NCBI GenBank assembly: GCA_963828255.1
Contig: CAWHDZ010000025.1
Location: 1-64,000 of the forward strand
Length of the DNA stretch: 64,000 bases
Direction of reading: 5' to 3'
DNA from: an uncultured delta proteobacterium
Lineage (GTDB): Bacteria > Myxococcota > Myxococcia > Myxococcales > Anaeromyxobacteraceae
The translations under genes were made by a program, and so were the position numbers. Below the pieces are notes generated by a model. It was not told the DNA's origin, did no database searches, and worked only from the letters and a program-made list of their open reading frames with translations. Shown in pieces: positions 1-10,391 of the stretch; the stretch's first letter is position 1; every line of letters begins with the position of its first letter.

Positions 1-1081
1 GCGCAGGGAGATCCCTGGCGGGGATAAATACCCCGCACTGGGCCTCGTCGATCATCGACGGAAAGCCATGCGTAGGAGGCGATGATCGGCTTGCAGGCGG
101 TCATGTCGTCGATCACCTTGTTGAGCGACTGCCCGAACCGCCACACCCGGGAGGGCTCCACGCTCAGGTACAGGACGGAGCACCTCTCCAGCACCCGCTG
201 GACCTGCTCCTTGGGAACCCGGGGCGCGAAGGTGATGTTCGGGAGGTCGGCGGTCTGCGCCTTGAACGTCTCGAGGAGGTCCCCGCTCCCCCAGGATCAC
301 GAAGTGGAAGCGGGGGTCGTCCCGCATCTCCCGGGCGCAGTCCATGAGCGTTTCCAGGGCGTTGGTCTGCCCGATGCTCCCGCCGTACCCGACGATGAAC
401 TTCCCCTCGGGGAGGTACTTCTCCTGGTACCCCTCCGGGAGAGGCTGCGGGTGGTCGTACAGCGCCGGGTCGTAGCCCATCGGAACGCACTGACAGTTCA
501 GCACCTGGCCGGTCACCTCGGTCACGTGCTCGGTCAGGTTGGGCATGGTCCCGACGATGACGTCGGAGCGCCGGTAGCCGAGCCGCTCCACCCAGCCGAG
601 CAGCTTCACGAAGGGGTTGCGGGGGCTGAAGCCCCCCTCCTCCGTCATCGTGAGGGGCCGAGGATGTCCCGGATCTCGAAGACCAGCCTGCACCCGTACC
701 GCGCCTTCAGCCGGATTCCGTTCAGGATGGTGAGCAGCGAGAGCGACGAGACGATGACCACGTCCGGCCTTGGCAGCCTGTCGTGGGGCAGGAACCCAGA
801 GCTTGGCCTCGAAGTCGAGCCAGCTCAGAATCCGCCTGGCCGAGGCGGTGCGTGCGTACTTCGCCGTCCGGATCCACCAGGTCTCGATCCCCCTCGATCT
901 CCTCCCGCGTGTAGGTGGACCGGAACTCCGGGAACCTGCCCAGGTGGTTGGAGTCGGAGGAGACCACCACGGCCCGGTGGCCCATGGCCTGGAACTCGCG
1001 GGCCAGGTAGAACTGCCGGGACGCCCAGCCGTACTTGAGGGGCGTGACGTACTTGCAGACGTACCAGATGACCTTGCCCAC
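1..1081 (-). CDS. Family 4 glycosyltransferase (WbuB-like); 3' end runs off the window; several frameshifts
   Basis: GTG at 1081 after a GAAGGGA RBS. Fragments in different frames: KVIWYVCKY..RQFYLAREF, PDVVIVSSLSL, FEIRDI, FIVGYGGSIGQTNALE. Indels near 890, 790, 660 and 290. Confidence 0.8.
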
Positions 1082-1095
1082 GGTGTCCCTTCGGA

Positions 1096-3122
1096 TCAGG
1101 CGTACAGCTTGGGGATCTGGTTGATCCGCTGCACGGTGGACGTGAAGTCGAGCCCGATGATCTCCGTGTACCACTTGATGGACGTGTAGCGCGGCCGGTT
1201 CTCCCGGGCCACGACCCGCAGCGCGTCTTCCCGGTTCATCATGCCCTCCCGGATCTGGTTGCTCCGGAAGGTGTCGTACTCGGAGAATCCGCCGACCGTG
1301 AAGTACACGTAGTTGTAGAACGGCGCGGTTCCGTCGCCGATCCGCCAGGTGGTCTCGGTGTCGATGGCCTTCTCCCACTCGTACTCGCCCAGCACCAGAC
1401 TCTCGATCTCCTGCTCGTCCCACCGGTAGTAGTCGTAGAGGTGGAAGTAGTCCCGGTGCGGGGCGATCGATCGAGACACGAACGAGCCGATGGTGTCCCA
1501 GATCGAGCTGTTCAGGTAGCCCGGGTTGGCGGCGAAGTGGCCCAGGACCGCCCGATCAGCTTCAGCTTCCGGCCGGAGGAGAGCGAGTGCAGATCCGCTC
1601 CTTGTCGTGGTCGGGCGGCACGCCCAGGAAGCCCACCTTGAAGTCGGTGTTCTCGAGCGGGTTCACTCCCCAGATGTTGAGCCGGAGCCCGGTCCGCTTC
1701 TTCACCTGGTCGGTGTAGTAGAAGAAGTACTTGTCGCCGGCCATGAACAGGGGAACCATCCCGGGGTCGGGGCGGCGAAGCCAGGCCACGACGTTCTTGC
1801 GGATGTTCTCGCGCTTCCTGCGGATGTCGGCGGAGACGATGATGTTCTCCACGCCCAGCTTCCCGCAGACCCGCGCGATGTTGCGCCGGGCGAGGTCGTT
1901 CACCATCCCCCAGTCGTAGGTGAAGGCCACGGGATTCAGCCCCAGGACCTTCTTCGCCACGTGGAGGGTGTGGGTGCTGTCCCAGGCCGCCACTGTACGG
2001 AATGATGCAGTCGTGGGCTCCGCCGGTCCGCCGGTAGGGAGCGACCAGCGCGAGGAGCTCGTCGATGGGCTTGGGCCGGTTCTTCACCACGTAGTTGCGG
2101 CAGTAGTTGCAGACCCCCTGGTCGTCGAAGGCGATGAACGGAAAGGTCTCGGGAAGGATGCAGCGCGTGCAGCGGCGGAGCGCCGCAATCCGCGCGGAGT
2201 TGTCCTCGAGGATGGCCGCCTCCTGCGAGGCGCATGGCAGGCCGGCAATCCCCGCCGGGTCGAGGATGAGGGGCTGCTCCGGCCGCCCGTCGGAGACGTG
2301 CCCGGTCGAGCAATGAAAACGCGGTGCCGCGGGACCGGCAGGGGCGCCCTTCCTGCCACCGTCGGTGAGGGCGAACCGCTCGACGCGGAACGCATCCAGG
2401 TGGAGCACCAGGCCGTGGCCGGAGGGCACGGGGGAGACCTGGAACGTCCCCCACTTCTCGAGCCCCACCGACCGGGCCATCTCCTCGAGGAACCAGCGCT
2501 CGGATGCGAAGGCCAGCAGCCCGGCGTCGTGGACCAGCGTGTAGAGCGACCCGTTGTTGGTGGCGAGCGCCACGGTGTCCCGGTCGTCGAACAGGAAGGC
2601 GGCCGACACCGTGCCCACGACCTCCTGGACCGCCCGGGACACCGCCCCGGCTACGTCCCAGCCGTCCCCGAGGTGCTTGCCGACCAGCGCGAGCATGACC
2701 TCGGTGTCGATGTCGGTGGTCCGCCGGAGCCCGGGGTTCGCCGCCCAGAGCTTCCGCTCGTTGACGATGATCCCGTTGTGGATGCCCACCACCCCGTCCT
2801 TGAGGATGGGCTGGTTGTTCACGTCGTCGAGGTGGGAACCGTTGGTGACGAGCCGGGAGTGGCCCATGGCGGCGAACGGTGCCGCCCGGGCCACGGCGTC
2901 ACCCAGGAGCCGCCCGGCCTCCGGCGTCCTGAGGAGGTAGCGGATGGGCACCGCGCCCTTCAGGATCCGGAGCTCGCGCTCCGGCTCGCAGCGCAGGACC
3001 AGCCCCGAGGAGTCGGTCCCGCGCGACTCCGAGAGGAGGGCGACCGCGCGCAGCGAGTCCTCCGGAAGGGACCCGCCCAGGCCGGAGTTCGTCCGGACGA
3101 AGACTCCAAAGATGCCGCACAC
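1096..3122 (-). CDS. Fusion of a class II (Ntn) glutamine amidotransferase and a WbpG/PseA-like N-acetyl-sugar amidotransferase; frameshifted
   Basis: N-terminal (V)CGIFG, SRGTDSSG, GHSRLVT, HNGIIVN and DTEV. Then CTRC..CNYC and a PP-loop YSGGL(D)ST broken by an extra base at about 1982. Continues in ORFs 1562..1993 and 1096..1479. Confidence 0.8.
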
Positions 3123-3142
3123 GCCCCGCTTCCTCCGATCGC

Positions 3143-4729
3143 CTACTTGCTGCGCACGCCGCGAAACACGATGTCCGAGAAGGTCTGCCACAGGTACCGG
3201 GCGTCGGTGAGGAGCGGACGCTCCCAGTAGCTCTGGAGGTACCTCATCTCCACCTCCACGATCTGGTCGAAGCCGCCCGTCTTCTCGCTGAAGATGGGGG
3301 GCACGAGCCCCGGCTTGATCTGGACGTAGAGGTCATAGAGCTCCTTCGGGTAGAGCCCCAGGAAGTGGCGGCTCGTGGCGCGCATGCCGACCAGCTTGAT
3401 GTCGCCGTGGAGCCAGTCGTAGAGCTGGGGAAGCTCGTCCACCCAGTACTTGCGAATGAACTTCCCGTACTCGGTGAGCCGGAAGTCGTTCTGGAACTTG
3501 CCCGTGGCGGCCAGCCCGTTGTCCTCGAAGATCCGCTTCTGCAGGAATTCGCTGAAGGGGTACATGCTGCGGACCTTGTGCGTCCGCATGGGAAAGCCGT
3601 CCAGGCCAATCTTCTCCAGGCCCACGACCGGGTAGTAGGAGGGCATCCGTTGCCGAACGGGGGGGCCCTCCTTCCGGGCGAGGACCACCAGCTCGCCCTC
3701 CCCCTTCGACTCGGCGACGACCTGGAGCCCGTGGTAGGCGAGCCGACCCCACATTTCGGCCTTGGAGAGGGCGCGGTTCCGCCTCCGCGCCACGGCGTAG
3801 TAGGCGTCGTCGATCCAGGAGATGCCGGGCCAGAAGTAGACCCGGTCCAGGAAGGGGATCTTCGGGATGGCCCGGTACCAGATGAAGTTCCCCAGGTAGG
3901 CGGGGCGGTAGGTCCAGCCCGGGTGGCGCCTGCGCAGGTCGGCCGCGGCGCTCTCCAGCGGGAGGTAGCGGATGACGAGGTAGCCGCCCATGGCGATGGA
4001 GGCGGCGCAGTGCTGGAGGAAGAGGTCGAGCCGGCGCACGTCGTTCAGGCGCAGCGTTCCCACCAGCAGCCCGACCGGCGCGCCGCCGGGCACGGCGCCG
4101 TCGACGGGCCGGTCCTCGAGCAGGAGCAGCCGGTCGTTCGCTCCCTCGGCAGCGGGCAGCCGCTCCCGGAGGAAGGCCGCGAGATCCCCGTCGAGGTCGG
4201 AGGGCAGCCGGTCGAGGATGGCCCGCGTGTTCACGCCGGGTCCGGCCGCGGGGCCCCCCTTGCCGTCGGCCCCGCCCGCCTGGGCCGGGGCTCCGGCATC
4301 GAGCTGCAGGGGCGCGAGGTCCTCGCGGCGCGAGGGAAGGGAGAGGAGGAAGTCGGCCACGACGAACAGGCCGAAGGCGGTCCAGAGCACCGCATCCGGG
4401 AGGCGGGCCGGGCCGGCGACGAGCGTCCCCGCCCCCAGCACGATCGCCATGACGACAGCGGCCTTCCCGTGCGAGGCGAGGAGGTAGGTGACGTAGCGCT
4501 GCGGGTACTTGTGCCGGTACTTGTCGGTGAGGAGCACCGCCACAATCCACGCCCCCGCGAGGAGGCCAATCGCGAGGAGGGAGGTCGGGGCGCCGAGCAG
4601 GAGTTGGGCCGCCCACGAGGACGCGAGCAGCAGCCCCAGTCCCAGCACGGTGCGTGCGGGAACGTTCCGGATGGCCGGGACGCGCCGCACGCGGAGGGGA
4701 ATGGCGAGGGAAGCGGTGCCTGGGTTCAT
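3143..4729 (-). CDS. Membrane-anchored sugar (phosphoglycosyl) transferase, Bac_transf C-terminal domain
   Basis: ATG at 4729 overlaps the upstream stop (ATGA). N-terminal hydrophobic helices; C-terminal KVRSMY, DFRLTEYGKFIRKYWVDELPQL and KPGL. Confidence 0.8.
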   Translation of the reverse strand: MNPGTASLAIPLRVRRVPAIRNVPARTVLGLGLLLASSWAAQLLLGAPTSLLAIGLLAGAWIVAVLLTDKYRHKYPQRYVTYLLASHGKAAVVMAIVLGAGTLVAGPARLPDAVLWTAFGLFVVADFLLSLPSRREDLAPLQLDAGAPAQAGGADGKGGPAAGPGVNTRAILDRLPSDLDGDLAAFLRERLPAAEGANDRLLLLEDRPVDGAVPGGAPVGLLVGTLRLNDVRRLDLFLQHCAASIAMGGYLVIRYLPLESAAADLRRRHPGWTYRPAYLGNFIWYRAIPKIPFLDRVYFWPGISWIDDAYYAVARRRNRALSKAEMWGRLAYHGLQVVAESKGEGELVVLARKEGPPVRQRMPSYYPVVGLEKIGLDGFPMRTHKVRSMYPFSEFLQKRIFEDNGLAATGKFQNDFRLTEYGKFIRKYWVDELPQLYDWLHGDIKLVGMRATSRHFLGLYPKELYDLYVQIKPGLVPPIFSEKTGGFDQIVEVEMRYLQSYWERPLLTDARYLWQTFSDIVFRGVRSK

Positions 4730-5904
4730 GCCGGGTTCCCGCTCCCGCGCGCCTTGCGCCACGCCAGGGCGCGATCGAGGTGCCAGCGAAGGCTGGCGCG
4801 CTCGGTCTCCCATCGATAGCCCCGCCGGTAGGCGTCCCGCCCGCTCGCGCCCAGGCGCGCCAGCTCCTGCGGGGAGGCGAGCATCTCCCCGATCGCGCGC
4901 GCCAGCTCGGCGGGGCGCGGCGGCACGACGCGACCGCAGCCCGCGTCCCGCACCAGGTCGCTCCAGAGCGGGAAGTCGGACGCCAGGACGGGGATGCCCA
5001 TGGCCATGTATTCGAACATCTTGGTGGGGAGCGACTCCAGGTAGTTGGACACCGGAAGGTAGGGGATGAGGCCGATGCCGGCCCCGCGGCAGAACGGGAC
5101 CAGCTCCTCGGGCGCGAGCCACGGGGTGTGGGTGCAGACCCCCTCCAGGACGGCGGCGCGGACCGGCTCCCCGAGGGTGTCGTCGACGACGGGCCCGACG
5201 AGATCGACGCGAAGCGCGGGACGGGTCCGGCGCAGCTCCCGCACGGCCTCCAGCATCTCCCGGATGCCGCGGACCTCGGCGAGCCCCCCGATGAAGAGCA
5301 GCCGGTCCGGATCGGGGACCGATTCGCCCGCGTCGGCGTCCGCGTACACCGACTTCGGGTAGTTGTGGACGACCCGCGTGTCGGCCGCGGGCCAGTGGAG
5401 CGCGATCGCCTCGGTGGCGGGCGCGAAACCCTCGAACGAGAGGCGGGCGATCCCCCAGAGCCCCTCGGCGAGCATCGCGGCCGGCGGGCGCAGCAACGGG
5501 TGGATGTAGGGCTTCGACTCGACCTCCAGCGGAAGCTCCTCGTGGATGTCGTAGAGGAAGTAGCTGCGCGGCCGGAGGGCGGCCAGGAAGGACATGGCCG
5601 GGATGAGCTCGGGGTCGTGGAAGTGGACGACGTCGAAGTCGCCCTCCCCCGCCACCGCGCGCCAGGCCCCCAGCGAGAGCAGGGCGCGCCCCAGCCTCCC
5701 GGTGCGCTCGGGGAGCGGGTGGAAGTGCAGGCTTCGGCTCGTGCTCCAGCCCTGCCGCTCCGGCTCGGCGGGCGGCACGAACACGTGCACCTCGCACCCC
5801 CACTCGAGGTACGAGGCCACCTGCCGCTCGAAGATGCGCGGATCGCCCCAGCGGTGGACGGTGGTCACGACGGCGATGCGTGGGCAGGAGTGCTCGGAGG
5901 TCAC
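4726..5904 (-). CDS. Family 4 glycosyltransferase
   Basis: GTG at 5904 overlaps the asnB stop. Motifs TVHRWGDPRIF, HFHDPEL, YDIHE and PTKMFEYMAMGIPVLASDFP. Confidence 0.88.
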   Translation of the reverse strand: MTSEHSCPRIAVVTTVHRWGDPRIFERQVASYLEWGCEVHVFVPPAEPERQGWSTSRSLHFHPLPERTGRLGRALLSLGAWRAVAGEGDFDVVHFHDPELIPAMSFLAALRPRSYFLYDIHEELPLEVESKPYIHPLLRPPAAMLAEGLWGIARLSFEGFAPATEAIALHWPAADTRVVHNYPKSVYADADAGESVPDPDRLLFIGGLAEVRGIREMLEAVRELRRTRPALRVDLVGPVVDDTLGEPVRAAVLEGVCTHTPWLAPEELVPFCRGAGIGLIPYLPVSNYLESLPTKMFEYMAMGIPVLASDFPLWSDLVRDAGCGRVVPPRPAELARAIGEMLASPQELARLGASGRDAYRRGYRWETERASLRWHLDRALAWRKARGSGNPA

Positions 5905-7769
5905 CGGGGAAACCAGACGCGGAAGAAACGGTCGAGCGCGACCGCCTGTAATAGCACGTCGTGCACCGCGTGTTGGGTGCTGCCGCGCCGCAAGTGATCG
6001 AGGAACGGGTCGAGCGCGCCGGGACGCACCAGGGCGTCGAAGAGGGGGTGCCGGTTGGTCACGAACTCGTCGACCTGGGGACGCAACGGCCCGTCGAGCC
6101 AGGGGGCGAGCGGCACCGAGAATCCCCGCTTCCCGCGTCTCCAGGCCACCTCGGGCGCGCCGGCGCGATCGAGTGCGCGCCGGATGGGCCACTTGCTCCA
6201 CCCACCCTGGTGCGTGACCTCGAGCGGCATGGCCAGGCACAGCGCCACGAGCTCCGGGGCGAGGTACGGCAGGCGCGTCTCCACCGAGTGGGCCATCGCG
6301 TTCCGGTCCTCGTAGGAGAGCAGGTTCGGGAGGCTGTACCGCTCCACGTCGACGAGCCGCATCTCCAGCCCGGCGTCCCGGAGGGTGGGCGCCGTCGCGC
6401 CCTCGAACAGGCCGGGCCGGAGCCAGGTGTGCGGCTCGGGAGCCCGGTAGAACCAGCGGGCGTACCGGTACCCATACTTGAGAAGCCTCGGGCTCACGCC
6501 CAGCTGGCGGAGGAGGTGCCCGCCCATGCGCACGCCCTCGAGCGGCCGGGTGCGCAGGAGCCGCATCACCGAGGCCACGAAGAACTTGTGGTAGCCGCCC
6601 AGGATCTCGTCGGCCCCCTGCCCGTCCTGCAGCACGACCACGCCCTGGCCGCGTGCCGTCTCCATCACCTTCCACTGCCCGTAGAGGCTGGTGTCCCCGA
6701 CGGGCGTCTCCATGTGCCAGGTCATGCGGTCCCAGACGCGGGAGAAGTCCGCCCCGTCGGCCAGGATCCCGTGCCAGGTGGACCCGACCGAGCGGGCCAG
6801 GGCCTCGGCGCCGGGCCGCTCGTCGATGAGCGGATCGTCGCTGCCCAGGGTGAAGCTGTGGTAGTCGCCCTGGTGCGGCAGGCGCATGGCCAGCGCCAGG
6901 ATGGTGGAGCTGTCGAGCCCCGCGGAGAGGCAACCACCCACCGGGACGTCCGACCGGAGCCGGATGGTGATGGACCGCCGGAGCCCCTCCTCGAACCGCT
7001 CGCCCCATTCCTCCGGCTTGCGCGCCGGGCTCACGGCCTCGACCGAGGCGCGGAGGTCGTGGAAGCGCCCCTCCCGCGTCCCCTGCTCGTCGATCCAGAG
7101 GAAGCTGCCCGGCGGGAGCTGGCGGACGCCCTCGAACCAGGTCGAAGGTCCGTCGTATGGATGGCCGGTCGCGAGGTACCGCGCCGCGACCCGTTCGTCG
7201 AGGCGCAGCGAGAACTCCGGGAAGGCCGCCAGCTGCTTCACCTCGGAGGCGAAGGCCACGCCCCCTCTCCAGGGCGTGAGGAAGAGCGGCTTCTCCCCGA
7301 ACCGATCCCGACACAGCAGCGAGGCCTGGCGGCGCAGGTCGTGGATCGCGAATGCCCACATGCCATCGAGACGCGGCAGCGCCTGCTCCCCCCACTCGAG
7401 ATAGGCGTGCAGCAGGACCTCGGTGTCCGAGGTGGTCCGGAACCGGCGGCCCAGGGCCTCCAGCTCCCGGCGGAGCTCGACGTAGTTGTAGATCTCGCCG
7501 TTCAGCACCACGACCGCCTGACCCTCCTCGACCATCGGCTGGCTGGCGGCGGCGCTCAGGTCGAGGATGGAGAGGCGAAGGTGGCCGAGCGCGACCGGAC
7601 AGGCTGTCTCGGGCTCACCGGCGAGCGCGTCGAGGCGCCGGCCGTGGCTCCATCCTGGCCGCCAGGCCCCGTCCCCGTCCGGCCCGCGGTGGGCTGCCTG
7701 CCGGGCGGCCCGTGCGAACCAGGGCCCGAGCGTGCCGCGCGGCGCGTGGAATCCTACGATCCCGCACAT
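5901..7769 (-). CDS. asnB: Asparagine synthase-like glutamine-hydrolysing amidotransferase (glycan amidation)
   Basis: MCGIVG, HRGPDG, RLSILDLS, NGEIYNY, RDRFGEKPL, LSAGLDSS and GQGADE. Confidence 0.93.
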   Translation of the reverse strand: MCGIVGFHAPRGTLGPWFARAARQAAHRGPDGDGAWRPGWSHGRRLDALAGEPETACPVALGHLRLSILDLSAAASQPMVEEGQAVVVLNGEIYNYVELRRELEALGRRFRTTSDTEVLLHAYLEWGEQALPRLDGMWAFAIHDLRRQASLLCRDRFGEKPLFLTPWRGGVAFASEVKQLAAFPEFSLRLDERVAARYLATGHPYDGPSTWFEGVRQLPPGSFLWIDEQGTREGRFHDLRASVEAVSPARKPEEWGERFEEGLRRSITIRLRSDVPVGGCLSAGLDSSTILALAMRLPHQGDYHSFTLGSDDPLIDERPGAEALARSVGSTWHGILADGADFSRVWDRMTWHMETPVGDTSLYGQWKVMETARGQGVVVLQDGQGADEILGGYHKFFVASVMRLLRTRPLEGVRMGGHLLRQLGVSPRLLKYGYRYARWFYRAPEPHTWLRPGLFEGATAPTLRDAGLEMRLVDVERYSLPNLLSYEDRNAMAHSVETRLPYLAPELVALCLAMPLEVTHQGGWSKWPIRRALDRAGAPEVAWRRGKRGFSVPLAPWLDGPLRPQVDEFVTNRHPLFDALVRPGALDPFLDHLRRGSTQHAVHDVLLQAVALDRFFRVWFPR

Positions 7770-7772
7770 CGG

Positions 7773-9086
7773 CTAGGTTCCTTCCTCGGACTGGGTTTCC
7801 TGCTCCGTGGGCGGATGGAGCCAGAGCACCAGCAGGAGGAAGAGGATGCCGAAGGTGAGCATCCCGGTGAGCAGCGCGCTGTTCGTGAGCGTGAAGAAGG
7901 CCACGATCGAGAAGGAAGCCGTGTACTCGACGTCCATCCCCTCGCACAGGGAATCGAGGAGCCAGAGCAGGAGGCCGAGGAGCAGCGAGAAGGCGAACAT
8001 CCCCGGGATCCCGAAGTTGCCGAAGGCGTCGGCGAGGTAGTTCGCGTTCGCGAACCCTTCCATGTTCAGGTAGTACTCCGAGATGAGCGACGGGTAGGGC
8101 GCCGAGTACGGATACGTGAGGAAGGACTTGAAGATGCTGTGCGACAGCAGCAGCAGAGGGTTCGTCGAGAAGAAGTCGAAGTAGTACCCGGTCAGCAACC
8201 CCGGGACCATGATCACCCTCTGGGTGAAGACTCCGGTGGCGATGTACCCGCCCACGAGGTCGTCGATCGCTCCGAAGGCAAGGATCGAGACGACCAGAGC
8301 GACGACCAGCCGGAGCGTGAGCTGGGTCCTCCTCCGGAAGAGGAGCGCGACGAGGAGGATCATCGCCATGGAGAAGAGCACGCTCTTGAATCCTGTGAAG
8401 GAGTACACGTACAGGTTCCCGGCGATCCCCAGCAGCCACATCCAGGTCTTCCGGTAGTAGAGTCCACGGGCGAAGAAGTAGGCGAAGACCACGTGGGCGA
8501 GCCAGTTGATGACGTAGCTCAGGAGTGGCGACGAGCCCTCCAGCATGTCCATGTACTCGGAGCGTACGCTGTAGACCTCGAGCAGCGCGGGCAGGCCCCG
8601 GAAGCCGAGGTGGGTCACGATCCACGCCGACCCGGCCAGCGCCATCCCCAGCATCGCCTTGTCGAGGTTCGCCCCGGTGACGGCAGGCCTCGGGAGCGTG
8701 ATCGGCGGCCGCGAGGTGAAGTACGCGACGAGGGCGAAGCAGAGGAGCATCGCCACCGCCATGCCGAGGTACGCATCCGGCTCGGGCAGGGCCAGGAACG
8801 GGATGGTCTGCGACGGCACGTAGACGACGAGGTAGACGATGGCGAGGATGAACTGGGAAGGTCGTTCGAAGGTCAGGGGCAGGAGCAATGCGCCCGGGAT
8901 GGCCGCCAGGGTGACGCCGATCACCATCCAGCCCGTCCCGGGCCGGTGGTACGAGAACCCCATGTAGTCGAAGATGGGGTGAACCCGGTTCACGTACACC
9001 CACGGCACCAGGATCGCGTAGACGGCGGCCGCCGCGGCGAGCCATCGCCGGGGCCAGGGCGAGGAAGCGTCACCCTGTCGCGGCAC
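7773..9086 (-). CDS. wzy: Probable O-antigen/polysaccharide polymerase
   Basis: 437 aa polytopic membrane protein directly after the flippase; late periplasmic NANYLADAFGNFG segment. Confidence 0.7.
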   Translation of the reverse strand: MPRQGDASSPWPRRWLAAAAAVYAILVPWVYVNRVHPIFDYMGFSYHRPGTGWMVIGVTLAAIPGALLLPLTFERPSQFILAIVYLVVYVPSQTIPFLALPEPDAYLGMAVAMLLCFALVAYFTSRPPITLPRPAVTGANLDKAMLGMALAGSAWIVTHLGFRGLPALLEVYSVRSEYMDMLEGSSPLLSYVINWLAHVVFAYFFARGLYYRKTWMWLLGIAGNLYVYSFTGFKSVLFSMAMILLVALLFRRRTQLTLRLVVALVVSILAFGAIDDLVGGYIATGVFTQRVIMVPGLLTGYYFDFFSTNPLLLLSHSIFKSFLTYPYSAPYPSLISEYYLNMEGFANANYLADAFGNFGIPGMFAFSLLLGLLLWLLDSLCEGMDVEYTASFSIVAFFTLTNSALLTGMLTFGILFLLLVLWLHPPTEQETQSEEGT

Positions 9087-10377
9087 GGGCGCCCTCCTTC
9101 CTCACCAGCAGTGCACACATCCAGAAGAATACCAGGTAGCTCAGCGTGACGGCGAGGGACAGCACGCCGACGGTCCAGCGAGGCCCGAGCCCGAGTCGCG
9201 GCAGCGCCACGAGGACGGCCGCTACGAGCGCGAGCCGCCCCGCGTCCCAGTACATCTGCAGATCCTGGCGCTCCAGGATGAGCAGGGTCTGGCTGAGCGG
9301 CCAGACGACGAAGTTCACCAGGTAAGAGGCGGAGAGGATCCGGACGTAGATGCCAGCCTCCCTCCAGGAGGGTCCGAAGACCACCGAGAACAGCCAGGGC
9401 GCCGCGATCAGCCCGATCACCACCGGGGCGAGCCCGACGAGCGCAAGCTGCCGCGCGGTGCGGAAGAAGAGCGCCGCGTACCGGGCCGGGTCCTCGCGGC
9501 GGAGCGCGCTCGCCTCTCCCATGTACACCTGGGCGACCGCCTGCCCGACGAGGACGCTGGGCATGGCGATGACGGTCTGGCCGAGCACGAACCAGCCGCC
9601 CTCCCTGGCGCCGTAGGCCGCGACGAAGAGCAGCGGGGGAAGCTGCAGGGTGGCGGCGTTCAGCACGGCGGAGAACGAGGAGATGAGGGGAAATCGCCGG
9701 AAGCGGATGGCCACCGCGCGGAGCGTGTCCCACCGGATCCGGGCCGGGATGGTGGTGGACCGCCGCACCATCGCGAGGAGCGCCCCGCCCCCGATCACCC
9801 GTCCGGTGGCGTCGCCCACGATGAGGCCGCCCACCCCGATGCCGCCGAGCCCGAGCGAGACCTGGGCCGCGACCTGGGCGATCGACTGCAGGACCTTCGC
9901 CCGGGCCGCCTCGGGAAACCGCCTCTTGCGGAAAACCCAGTAGCTGAGTGCCTGGTAGGCCCCCGCTCCCAGGAGGCTCACCGGGAGGAGCCAGAGGCTG
10001 GTGCCGATTCGCGGCTCCCGGGCCAGGCTTGCCAGGTCGGTGCGACCGACCCAGACCCCGACGCAGACGAGGAGCACGAGCGCGAACGTGATCCCGAGGG
10101 AGAGGACGAGCAGGTGGATGGCGTCGTCGTCCGTCTCGGCGAGCGGAATGGCCATCTCGTAGCGCAAGCTGCTCACCACGAGAAGGAGCGACAGCAGCGC
10201 GGTGAAGACGCCGAAGATCCCGAACTGGTCCGGCGTGTAGACGCGCGTGAGGATCGGAGAGGCCGCCGCGAGGATCGCCTGGCCGAGCGCCGTGCCCCCG
10301 ACGAGGAGCAGCACGCTCCGTCCGAAGCCGCCCTCGGGGATCCAGCGACCCAGCCGCTCGGAGAGCTTCGAGAGCAT
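9070..10377 (-). CDS. wzx: Polysaccharide flippase
   Basis: ATG at 10377. GTALGQAI..SPILTRVYTPDQFG..SLRYEMAIPL and about 12 hydrophobic segments. Confidence 0.88.
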   Translation of the reverse strand: MLSKLSERLGRWIPEGGFGRSVLLLVGGTALGQAILAAASPILTRVYTPDQFGIFGVFTALLSLLLVVSSLRYEMAIPLAETDDDAIHLLVLSLGITFALVLLVCVGVWVGRTDLASLAREPRIGTSLWLLPVSLLGAGAYQALSYWVFRKRRFPEAARAKVLQSIAQVAAQVSLGLGGIGVGGLIVGDATGRVIGGGALLAMVRRSTTIPARIRWDTLRAVAIRFRRFPLISSFSAVLNAATLQLPPLLFVAAYGAREGGWFVLGQTVIAMPSVLVGQAVAQVYMGEASALRREDPARYAALFFRTARQLALVGLAPVVIGLIAAPWLFSVVFGPSWREAGIYVRILSASYLVNFVVWPLSQTLLILERQDLQMYWDAGRLALVAAVLVALPRLGLGPRWTVGVLSLAVTLSYLVFFWMCALLVRKEGARAATG

Positions 10378-10391
10378 CGATTGACGGTCCG

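Noticed and set aside
5961..9149. 1062-aa plus-strand ORF and many other long antisense or alternate-frame ORFs (e.g. 33319..37053, 47558..50236, 19795..22344)
   Set aside because: Shadow ORFs expected at this GC content. They overlap well-supported genes, are Arg/Pro/Gly-rich and show no motifs.
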